Positions 1-10,296 of a DNA stretch of 64,000 nt are shown here, one piece after another. Every line of letters starts with the position of its first letter. Within the stretch, counting starts at the first letter, position 1. A model generated the notes under the pieces. It was given only the letters and a program-made list of their open reading frames with translations. It did not search any database and was not told the origin of the DNA. Source of the DNA: a virus (Duplodnaviria; Caudoviricetes); the IMG/VR virus record IMGVR_UViG_3300021368_002114, positions 1,258 through 65,257 of that record. One strand, written 5' to 3'. A program made the position numbers and the translations under genes.

Positions 1-60
1 AGCATTATTTTGGAATGTAGGAAAATAAAATATAAAAGAATAAATAATAAAATTAAAATT

Positions 61-1542
61 ATGAGTAAAAATAATAAACAACACACCAAGATGGTAACAA
101 ATCTTGAATCAATGGTTAGTGAAAAAACAAGACCTCCACATATCGTTGATATAGGAGATGTTCTAATGTACAAAAAACCAACAGGTAAAACTTCTTATGT
201 ATATGGATACACCGAGGTTAATACTAAAATGAAGTATATAGGGGTTAAATCTATTGATACTGATAAAAAAGCAATACAAAAATACAACACATCAAGTAAA
301 TCAGAAGAATTTCAAAAAGCACTTGCAAATGGACAATGGAAACATGAAATTCTTTATTGGGGAAGTTTCAAAGAATGTCTTTACTTTGAGAATCAAGAAT
401 TAGAGAAAGTTAATGCAAAGGATAATCCAATGTATTACAATAATTGGAATGGTCAGAAAGGTATAAAACCACAAAATAGAGAACTTAGAAATAAGATTGT
501 ATCAGATATTAATATTCTTCGAAATGTTTCATTTTTAGATGTAGCTGATTGGAAAGCTAATCCTGAAAAATATAATGAAAGATTAGAAATACTAACAGTA
601 GATTGTTTTAGTGAACAAATAACTTGGGAAGAACTATACAATAATAAAGGTAGAATTCAAGTAAGAGATGAGCAATTGAATGATGCAAATGTTAAAATCA
701 TTAAAGATAGAATAGTTCATAACCAACCAGGTTTACAATGGCCTGTTTATTTTAGTGATATTGTATGGCAAGACAAACACTCTGATGATATGCAAATAAG
801 TGGTAATCATACTGAATTCTCTCATTGGGATTTAGGTTCTCCTTATATGTACAGAATGGCATATTTCATACAGATTCCAAAAGAAGTACACGAACAATTA
901 ACTCAAACTGATATCTACGAAATAGGAAGTGCATTAAATACTAAAGTTGCAGTTGGTGAACCTTTTAGTAAAGAGGATGCTTTTAGAATGTGTAAAGAAC
1001 ATTGGACAATTGGTAATACTTGGTATGATGTAGATGTAGAGATTGATTGGAGACAAAGAGGGCTAACCACCCCAAACATTCAGAATGTAATTGATAAGAT
1101 GAATGATTGGATTGATGAACAAACAAAATCTGGTAAGGGTTTAGTAAAAATTAATTATAATACACCTGAAGGTAAGGCTATACTTAAAGAAGAAAAAGAT
1201 AAATTAATATCTGCAAATCCAAGAAGATTAGTACTTGATATGGCGGGTACATCACCAAATAGTGATAAGATACATCAAAAGTTGGCTGAAGAAAATGCAA
1301 AAATAGCAGATTTGTTTCCTATTGGAGAGTTTTATACTTCAGTAGCATTACTACTTCATCACTCAAGTGATAAACTTATGAACGAATCCAAAACTTATAT
1401 AGATAGAATGAATTTTATAGATGATATGATAGAAGGACATGCTAAAGATAAAATGAAAGAACTTGTTAAGGGTGTGAAAGTAACTGTACATCATTTACCG
1501 AGATATATGCCTGATACTATCTACAAAACATATAGTAATTAA
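61..1542 (+). CDS. Hypothetical protein with N-terminal GIY-YIG-like nuclease domain and possible ParB-like central domain
   Basis: YVYGY...KYIG...YNTSS...E...YYN resembles Seg-type GIY-YIG; QVR...PVY...ISGNHT resembles a ParB N-domain core. ATG at 61 preferred over the alternative start at 10. Confidence 0.5.
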   Translation: MSKNNKQHTKMVTNLESMVSEKTRPPHIVDIGDVLMYKKPTGKTSYVYGYTEVNTKMKYIGVKSIDTDKKAIQKYNTSSKSEEFQKALANGQWKHEILYWGSFKECLYFENQELEKVNAKDNPMYYNNWNGQKGIKPQNRELRNKIVSDINILRNVSFLDVADWKANPEKYNERLEILTVDCFSEQITWEELYNNKGRIQVRDEQLNDANVKIIKDRIVHNQPGLQWPVYFSDIVWQDKHSDDMQISGNHTEFSHWDLGSPYMYRMAYFIQIPKEVHEQLTQTDIYEIGSALNTKVAVGEPFSKEDAFRMCKEHWTIGNTWYDVDVEIDWRQRGLTTPNIQNVIDKMNDWIDEQTKSGKGLVKINYNTPEGKAILKEEKDKLISANPRRLVLDMAGTSPNSDKIHQKLAEENAKIADLFPIGEFYTSVALLLHHSSDKLMNESKTYIDRMNFIDDMIEGHAKDKMKELVKGVKVTVHHLPRYMPDTIYKTYSN

Positions 1543-1593
1543 TATGACAAACGGCGAAGATATATTTGATAGTATAAAATAACTTATATTTTA

Positions 1594-1636
1594 CTTGGAT
1601 TTCTCAGTTATTTTTCGTATATTTACATAGTAAATA
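1594..1636 (+). promoter_or_regulatory. Bacteroidota-type early promoter, copy 1
   Basis: CTTG-N20-TATATTTAC just upstream of ATG 1646; one of eight copies with the same spacing. Confidence 0.8.
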
Positions 1637-1645
1637 AGAGATGAT

Positions 1646-2242
1646 ATGACAAATTTAGAACTACAAAATTTAGTTAAAAAGAACTTAAAAGGTTTTAGTT
1701 TAGATGACCAATTTGAACAACGTTCAGTTGGTGATAAGATTGAGAATGATTGTAAGGAAATAGTTAAAAGTAATTTACCAAATAACTATCAAGAACCTCG
1801 TTCAAAGAAATCAACAGAAGATTTTACAATATTTGAAAACAAACTAAATAAAGTGTATGAAGATTATATTGATGTAAAAACTCACTTTATTCAAGAAGAA
1901 GAAGGCTTTTCAATGCCAAACCTAATATCGGTTGATAAACTTAAACCATTATTAGAAGATGATACTAAAACATTATCTTATCTTTTTGTTGATTATACTC
2001 GTAACAATGGTAATCTTAACATAGAAGATGTTAAAGTAAAATATATTTGGGAATTAGATTGGAGTATATTAGGTATTGGTGGATTAGGAAGAGGACAATT
2101 ACAAATTAAAAATGCTAATAAAGATTTAGTGTTTACAGATATGGGTAAAGAAGCTTGGTTGAAAAGACTAGAAACAGAAGTTCCTATATTTTATGATAAA
2201 CAAATAGAGAAGTTTAAGAAACTAAAAAATAAATGGATTTAA
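1646..2242 (+). CDS. PD-(D/E)XK restriction-endonuclease-like protein
   Basis: GDKIE...EDF...YIDVKT pattern typical of type II REase folds. Confidence 0.5.
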   Translation: MTNLELQNLVKKNLKGFSLDDQFEQRSVGDKIENDCKEIVKSNLPNNYQEPRSKKSTEDFTIFENKLNKVYEDYIDVKTHFIQEEEGFSMPNLISVDKLKPLLEDDTKTLSYLFVDYTRNNGNLNIEDVKVKYIWELDWSILGIGGLGRGQLQIKNANKDLVFTDMGKEAWLKRLETEVPIFYDKQIEKFKKLKNKWI

Positions 2243-2246
2243 TTTA

Positions 2247-4763
2247 ATGTATCAAAACATTTATTATCAAAGAGAAAGAAACCTAATACACCTTTGGGAT
2301 GACCAAAGGGGGTATTCTTCATTTCCTTATACTCGTTATGCCTATGAGAAGGTTGAGAGAGGTGAACATAAATCTATTTATGGTGATACCTTAACCAAGG
2401 TGTATAAGTTTAAGAAAGATGACCCTGATTTATTTGAATCAGATGTACCAGAAACTACGAGAGCTTTGGTAGATTTATATTCAGAAACAGATGATGTATC
2501 CGAAGGTCATGTTGTACTCACATACGATATTGAGTGTGAGATGACAAGTGGGTTGCCAAATCCTGAAGAGGCTAAGAATGAACTTACTTCTATTGCACTT
2601 CATGATTCAGCTACGAATCAATATTGGGTATTGGTAATGGATAAGGAAGGATTGATGGTAGAGAAAACTACTGATAAAGCAATCGTAATTCCATTCAAAG
2701 ATGAAAGAGATATGTTAATGAAGTATCTTGAATTGTACGAAATGATTAACCCATCTATTGTTACAGGTTGGAATATTGATTATTTCGATACACCGATGTT
2801 ATATAACAGAATCAAAAGATTGTTAGGTGAAAGACAAGCAAATAGATTATCACCAATCGGACAATGTTTCTGGTCTCCTTATCGTAAGAGATTCTTTATG
2901 GCGGGTGTATCTTATTTAGATTACATTTCACTTTACAAGATTTACAACTATGGAGAACTTCCAAACTATCGATTAGATACAGTTGCTCAAATAGAATTAG
3001 GTAGAGGTAAGATTGAATATCAAGGAAACCTTGACCAATTAATGAGAGATGATATTGAAAAGTTCATTGAGTATAACTTAGTGGATGTTGAGTTAGTTGT
3101 AGATTTCGATAAGAAACTTCAGTTCATTGATTTATGTAGAGGTATTTGTCATGCTGGTCATGTACCATATGAAGATTTCGTTTACTCATCAAAATATCTT
3201 GAGGGAGCGATGTTAACTTATCTAAGAAGAAGAAACTTAGTTGCACCAAATAAACCAGCGGATAGACAAGAAAGAATGCAGGCGATTCGAGATAATAATG
3301 AAGAGAAGTTTATCGGTGCATATGTTAAATCACCAATCGTTGGTAAATATGAATGGATTTATGATTTAGATTTAACTTCACTATATCCGTCAATCATTAT
3401 GACTTTGAATATCTCACCAGAATCCAAGATTGGTAAGATTCAAGATTGGGATGCGAACAAGTTTGTTAAAGGTGAAGTTGATACTTATTATATTGGAGAT
3501 GATTCTATATCCAAAGAAAATCTAAAAAAGTACTTAGAACAATCTAAGTTTTCAGTTGCCTCAAATGGTGTTCTTTATAGAACCGATGAGGTTGGTTGTA
3601 TACCAGGTATTCTCGACTTGTGGTTTCAGAAACGAGTTGAATACAAAAACGAAATGAAGAAGTATGGAAAAGCAGGAAACAAAGAAAAATATGCCTTCTT
3701 TCACAAACGTCAGTTGGTTCAGAAGATTTTACTTAACTCTTTATATGGTGTGCTTGGGCTTCCTGCCTTTAGGTTCTATGATGTTGATAATGCTACCGCT
3801 GTTACCACGACAGGACAGACAGTTATTAAATCAACTGCTGATATGGCTAACATCAAGTACAACAAGGAACTTGGTAATCCTGATTTGGATTCTAACATAT
3901 ACATTGATACTGATTCTGTATTCTTCTCAGCAGTTCCTTTAATGGATAAACGACTTCCTAATTGGAAAGAACAAGACCAAGATACAATTGCTGGATATGT
4001 AAATGAGATTGCAGAAGAGATGCAAGATTATCTCAATGATTTCTATAATATACTTTCAGAAAAGGTTTTTAATGTAGATAAAGATACTCACCGATTAGAA
4101 ATCAAAAAAGAGTATGTTGCCAAGGCTGGATTGTGGATTGCAAAGAAAAGATATGCTCAATGGATTATTTCGGATAATGGTGTACCAGTTGATAAATTAG
4201 ATGTAAAAGGTTTGGATGTTAAACGAAGTTCGTTTCCTAAGGCATTTCAAGAAGCTATGGGTACTGTTTTGATTGATATTCTAAAAGGTAAATCAGAAGA
4301 AGAGATTTCAGATTATGTTTTAGATTTCAAAAAGAAAATGATAAATAGACCAATATCTGAAATTGCTAAGAACTCGGCAGTAAAGAATCTTAAGAAATAT
4401 ATGCCGAAAGGTAAGAGAGAAAGATTCTCTATGATGAAAGGAACACCTGCTCATGTTAAGGCGGCAATCTTATATAATGATTGTTTGAAGCATTTTAATG
4501 CTCCTTACAAATATGAACCAATGAAAAATGGTGATAAAGTAAAATGGGTTTACCTTAAAGATAATCCACTTGGAATTGATGGATTGGCTTTTAGTGGATA
4601 CAATGACCCACCAGAAGTAGAAGAGTTTATAAAAACTTACATTGACCACAATAAAATATTTGAAAGAGAATTGAAACATAAGTTACAAGATTTCTTTGAT
4701 GCGATTGGTTGGGGTGATGTTATTAGTGAACAGCGAACAGCTGAAAAGTTTTTTAATTTTTAA
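2247..4763 (+). CDS. polB: Family B DNA polymerase (T4 gp43-like) with 3'-5' exonuclease domain
   Basis: DIE, GWNIDYFD, YNLVD exonuclease motifs; DLTSLYPSII, KILLNSLYG, YIDTDS, KKRY polymerase motifs. Confidence 0.97.
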   Translation: MYQNIYYQRERNLIHLWDDQRGYSSFPYTRYAYEKVERGEHKSIYGDTLTKVYKFKKDDPDLFESDVPETTRALVDLYSETDDVSEGHVVLTYDIECEMTSGLPNPEEAKNELTSIALHDSATNQYWVLVMDKEGLMVEKTTDKAIVIPFKDERDMLMKYLELYEMINPSIVTGWNIDYFDTPMLYNRIKRLLGERQANRLSPIGQCFWSPYRKRFFMAGVSYLDYISLYKIYNYGELPNYRLDTVAQIELGRGKIEYQGNLDQLMRDDIEKFIEYNLVDVELVVDFDKKLQFIDLCRGICHAGHVPYEDFVYSSKYLEGAMLTYLRRRNLVAPNKPADRQERMQAIRDNNEEKFIGAYVKSPIVGKYEWIYDLDLTSLYPSIIMTLNISPESKIGKIQDWDANKFVKGEVDTYYIGDDSISKENLKKYLEQSKFSVASNGVLYRTDEVGCIPGILDLWFQKRVEYKNEMKKYGKAGNKEKYAFFHKRQLVQKILLNSLYGVLGLPAFRFYDVDNATAVTTTGQTVIKSTADMANIKYNKELGNPDLDSNIYIDTDSVFFSAVPLMDKRLPNWKEQDQDTIAGYVNEIAEEMQDYLNDFYNILSEKVFNVDKDTHRLEIKKEYVAKAGLWIAKKRYAQWIISDNGVPVDKLDVKGLDVKRSSFPKAFQEAMGTVLIDILKGKSEEEISDYVLDFKKKMINRPISEIAKNSAVKNLKKYMPKGKRERFSMMKGTPAHVKAAILYNDCLKHFNAPYKYEPMKNGDKVKWVYLKDNPLGIDGLAFSGYNDPPEVEEFIKTYIDHNKIFERELKHKLQDFFDAIGWGDVISEQRTAEKFFNF

Positions 4764-4766
4764 TAA

Positions 4767-6392
<1,626 letters not shown>

Positions 6393-6408
6393 AATAAATA
6401 CGAAAACA

Positions 6409-6445
6409 TTTGGTACTCTCAGATATTTTTCGTATATTTGTACAA
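6409..6445 (+). promoter_or_regulatory. Bacteroidota-type early promoter, copy 2
   Basis: TTTG-N20-TATATTTG, an exact match to the -33 TTTG / -7 TAnnTTTG consensus. Confidence 0.85.
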
Positions 6446-6473
6446 ATATAAATTATAATAGTAAATAAAAACA

Positions 6474-7187
6474 ATGGAAAAACAGTCATTAAATAGGTTT
6501 GTATCTAAATACAACCTTGCAGGTTTAGTAGAATCTGTAAAATGGGAATCTAAAGATGGTTCTCTAACTACTTCTTTCATTTCTGATGATAAATCAGTTT
6601 TAGGAAGTGTAAGTATGAAAGAATTCGATGGAACGAATTCTGAGTTTGGTGTATATGATACAACTAAACTAACAAAAATGTTATCAGTTCTTGGTAGTGA
6701 TGTTGATTTCACTATTAATGATATTGATGGTAAACCGGTTTCTTTGAAATTCAAAGATGGTTCAACAAATGTAAATTATATGTTAGCTGATTTATCAGTT
6801 ATTCCTAATGTACCAGATTTGAAACAATTACCAAACTTTGATAGTGAGATTAAATTAGATTCAAACTTTATTTCAAAGTTTATCAAAGCAAAAGGTGCAT
6901 TAGCAGATGAAAACAATTTTACATTCACTTGTAAAGATAACAAAGGAGAAATCATCTTAGGATATTCTAATATCAATACAAATAGAATTAACATAGATGT
7001 TGATTGTACTTGTGAAAGTGATGTAAAACCTATTTCTTTTTCAGCAACATACTTAAAAGAGATACTAATTGCCAATAAAGAGGCAACAGATGCTACTTTG
7101 AAGATTTCATCTCAAGGTTTGGCACATATTTCATTTGAAGTAGATAACTATGAATCAAATTATTATCTTGTAGAAATCCAATCTTAA
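6474..7187 (+). CDS. DNA polymerase sliding clamp (gp45/PCNA-like)
   Basis: 237 aa, EFGVYD, ISSQGLAHISF...YYLV C-terminus typical of gp45/PCNA; lies between PolB and the clamp loader. Confidence 0.8.
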   Translation: MEKQSLNRFVSKYNLAGLVESVKWESKDGSLTTSFISDDKSVLGSVSMKEFDGTNSEFGVYDTTKLTKMLSVLGSDVDFTINDIDGKPVSLKFKDGSTNVNYMLADLSVIPNVPDLKQLPNFDSEIKLDSNFISKFIKAKGALADENNFTFTCKDNKGEIILGYSNINTNRINIDVDCTCESDVKPISFSATYLKEILIANKEATDATLKISSQGLAHISFEVDNYESNYYLVEIQS

Positions 7188-8827
7188 TGAGTAACAAACA
7201 CTTTTACGAAAGAAGTAAATTTTCTGAGTTCAAATCCAACACTACTTATCATAAGTTATTAAAAATGACTGATGATGAGTTCGTTGAATGGGCTCGTCTA
7301 CTTCGTAAAGAGGTTACTGAACAATGGGATGAGCGAGGTACTCCACCAGTTATTGGTAGAGATGAAGATGGTATTATAGAAAAGTTTAAGAAACTTAAAT
7401 CTAACCCTGCTAATTATTGGGAAAAGGATTTAAGTGGTGATGATGAATCACTAGGTATTATTAAAAACTTTAATAAGGATGCATCAGTTGTAAATCAGTT
7501 TTTCCCTACAATGTTAAAAACCAAGATTTCAATTGGTAAATCTGCAGATAATGGGTTATCTATTTATGACCATTTCTCAGACCCGAACATGGAAGATAAG
7601 TTCGTTCATATTATGAAACGAGCTGTAAAAAGAGATTCTATGTATTCTTGGTCTCGTTCAATCGTAGATAAAAAAGATGAGAATCCTTTTTGGAATGGAC
7701 AAGGTGCTATTGATTTTATCAAAGATGTTCACGATGGTAAAGTGTTTAATGGTAAGTATTCTGACTTAGCTATTTGGATTTCAAAAGTAAATACAAGAAC
7801 TCTTGAAAACTATGGTACTTTTAATGAAGAGTATATTGGTACTAAAAACCTTTATCTAAAAGCTGAACAAGTTCAACAATTAAAAGATGAGGGTTTCTTA
7901 TCAGATACTCAGTTATCTAATATAGATAGAATTGAATCTTCATGGACATCTGAAGCAGGTACAACACAAAACTATGCATATCAAATTAGATGGTATGAAA
8001 AAGATTCAGGTATCTTCCCTAAGATACTACAAGTATTTAGATTGAGTTGTGGACAACCAGCCGTAAACTTTCCTGCATTAACTGCAAAGTGGATTTACGA
8101 AAACTACACGAAACACATTGATACAGATGAACCACTTACCATTTATGATTCATCAAGTGGTTGGGGAGGTAGAATCTTAGGAGCAATGAGTTCTCGTAAG
8201 AAGTTTCACTATGTTGGTACAGACCCTAATCCTGATAACTTCTTAGATGAAGAAGATATTTCTCGTTATGAGTATATGGCTAAGTTTTACAATGATAATT
8301 GTGTAGATGATTTCTCAGATAAACTTACATCATTCTTTGATGTAGAAAAACAAGGTAATACATACGAACTATTTCAAGATGGTTCAGAACTAATCTCAAA
8401 TAATCCAAAGTTCCAAAAGTATAAAGGTAAATTAGATATTTCATTTACTTCACCTCCTTACTTTAATAGAGAACAATACTCACAAGATGAGAACCAATCG
8501 TTCAAAGCATATGGTGAGTATGAAGATTGGAGAGATAACTTTTTAAGACCTACTCTAACCACAATTTATGAGTATCTTAAAAATGATAGATATATTCTAT
8601 GGAATATAGCCGATATTAAAATCGGTGAATCTACTTACTATCCACTTGAACAAGATTCAATTGATATATTGGAAGAGTTGGGATGTGAGTATAAAGGTAA
8701 ACTCAAAATGTTAATGACCAGAATGGTTGGGTTAGACCCTTCCAAGAGTGGTATCAAAAACGCAGTAGAGTTTGAAGGTAAACAATATAAATTTGAACCG
8801 ATTTTCGTGTTCCACAAAAAAAATTAA
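7187..8827 (+). CDS. Amino-type (N4-C/N6-A) DNA methyltransferase with long N-terminal extension
   Basis: SAM-binding YDSSSGWGGR and catalytic FTSPPYF motifs. Confidence 0.8.
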   Translation: MSNKHFYERSKFSEFKSNTTYHKLLKMTDDEFVEWARLLRKEVTEQWDERGTPPVIGRDEDGIIEKFKKLKSNPANYWEKDLSGDDESLGIIKNFNKDASVVNQFFPTMLKTKISIGKSADNGLSIYDHFSDPNMEDKFVHIMKRAVKRDSMYSWSRSIVDKKDENPFWNGQGAIDFIKDVHDGKVFNGKYSDLAIWISKVNTRTLENYGTFNEEYIGTKNLYLKAEQVQQLKDEGFLSDTQLSNIDRIESSWTSEAGTTQNYAYQIRWYEKDSGIFPKILQVFRLSCGQPAVNFPALTAKWIYENYTKHIDTDEPLTIYDSSSGWGGRILGAMSSRKKFHYVGTDPNPDNFLDEEDISRYEYMAKFYNDNCVDDFSDKLTSFFDVEKQGNTYELFQDGSELISNNPKFQKYKGKLDISFTSPPYFNREQYSQDENQSFKAYGEYEDWRDNFLRPTLTTIYEYLKNDRYILWNIADIKIGESTYYPLEQDSIDILEELGCEYKGKLKMLMTRMVGLDPSKSGIKNAVEFEGKQYKFEPIFVFHKKN

Positions 8828-8830
8828 ATT

Positions 8831-9043
8831 ATGAATTTACAAGAAATTGCAAGAAAGTTCAGAATCTCTGATAACTTTCTAAACTCAAAAGAAGATGGAT
8901 TACTAATCGTAGCATCATCATTACAAGATATTATTTCAGAAATGAATAGTGGTAATATCGATAGAAATAAAAAAGAATCTCTAATTGAAAAATTAGAAAG
9001 ATTAACATCTTTCTGTAAAGAAGTTAAAAACTCATCATTCTAA
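8831..9043 (+). CDS. Hypothetical protein (70 aa)
   Basis: Tightly packed ORF within the operon. Confidence 0.7.
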   Translation: MNLQEIARKFRISDNFLNSKEDGLLIVASSLQDIISEMNSGNIDRNKKESLIEKLERLTSFCKEVKNSSF

Positions 9044-9044
9044 T

Positions 9045-9989
9045 ATGGCCTTTTTTGAAGATACAACAAATCAAGAGGTAAACAACTCATTATGGGTTGA
9101 GAAATATAGACCTCGTAAACTAACAGAATATGTTGGTAACGAACACCTTAAACAAAAGGTAAGTGATTATCTTCAAAGTGGAGATGTACCTCATCTTTTA
9201 TTTTTTGGTAAGGCAGGTACAGGTAAAACAACCTTAGCAAAGTTAATTGTTAACTCAATCAATTGTGATTACATCATCATTAATGCATCTGATGAGAACA
9301 ATGTAGATACAGTTAGAAACAAAGTAAAAGGTTTTGCTTCAACTGTTGGTTTTAAGGATATGAAAGTAGTAATCTTAGATGAGTTTGATTACATGACACC
9401 TAATGCACAGGCAATACTTAGAAACTTGATGGAAACTTTTTCAAAACATTGTAGATTTATTCTAACTTGTAATTATGTTGAGAAAGTTATTGACCCGATT
9501 CAATCTCGTTGTCAAACATTTCAGATTGTACCACCAACTAAAAAAGATGTTGCAGTACAAATCTCACAGATTTTGGGTAGAGAGGAGATTAAGTTTCAAC
9601 CCACAGACCTTGTACCTATCATTGATAGTTCATATCCCGATATTAGAAAGATTATTAATACTTGTCAGTTAAATTCTACCAAAGGAGAATTAAAACTCGA
9701 TACAACCTCTGTAATCGATTCGGATATAAAATCAAAGGTAGTTGAGATTCTTAAAGGTAGTGATTCAAAACCAAACAAATGGAAGAATATCAGACAGGCT
9801 GTTGCTGATGCCAGAATCCAAGATTTCACAGAATTATATACATTCTTATATGAAAAAGTTGATGAGTATGGTGGTAATAATACTTCTAATATTATACTGA
9901 TTTTATCAGAATCACAACACAAAGATGCATTGGTAGTTGATAAAGAAATTACCTTTATGAGCTGTATCATACAAATAGTTGCATTATAA
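9045..9989 (+). CDS. Clamp loader AAA+ subunit (RFC small subunit / gp44-like)
   Basis: LWVEKYRP, GKAGTGKT, NASDE, LDEFD, QSRC motifs. Confidence 0.95.
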   Translation: MAFFEDTTNQEVNNSLWVEKYRPRKLTEYVGNEHLKQKVSDYLQSGDVPHLLFFGKAGTGKTTLAKLIVNSINCDYIIINASDENNVDTVRNKVKGFASTVGFKDMKVVILDEFDYMTPNAQAILRNLMETFSKHCRFILTCNYVEKVIDPIQSRCQTFQIVPPTKKDVAVQISQILGREEIKFQPTDLVPIIDSSYPDIRKIINTCQLNSTKGELKLDTTSVIDSDIKSKVVEILKGSDSKPNKWKNIRQAVADARIQDFTELYTFLYEKVDEYGGNNTSNIILILSESQHKDALVVDKEITFMSCIIQIVAL

Positions 9990-10102
9990 TGATATACTCA
10001 GAAATAAAGTGAGAAACAAACTAAGCAATTATAAAGAAAAATTTAACCCTAAGCTAATAAAATTTAACAAGCTTTTTAGATATATACAATAGTTATTAAC
10101 AG

Positions 10103-10252
10103 ATGAATCAGGTTTATATGAATAATCTACAAAATATAATTGACAACGAAAGTTGTGATACAACTTACACCCCTAATCTGGGGGAATTTACAAGCACAAG
10201 TACTTACGAAAATATTAAAATTTACTATGATTTCATTAAGGAGGATTTGTAG
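10103..10252 (+). CDS. Possible 49-aa small ORF upstream of the TonB receptor
   Basis: Hand-translated MNQVYMNNLQ...FIKEDL; preceded by ATAGTTATT, a variant of the late motif. Confidence 0.35.
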   Translation: MNQVYMNNLQNIIDNESCDTTYTPNLGEFTSTSTYENIKIYYDFIKEDL

Positions 10253-10296
10253 TATGAATATGTTATGTTTAATTTAATAAAAATGGAAATTTAATT

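Noticed and set aside
2247-4763. Intein or intron in the DNA polymerase
   Set aside because: Normal length with contiguous motifs.
9990-10296. Riboswitch (TPP or cobalamin) upstream of the TonB receptor
   Set aside because: No recognisable aptamer consensus, only a short CCCC/GGGG hairpin, and the region holds a small ORF. An Infernal scan is still worthwhile.
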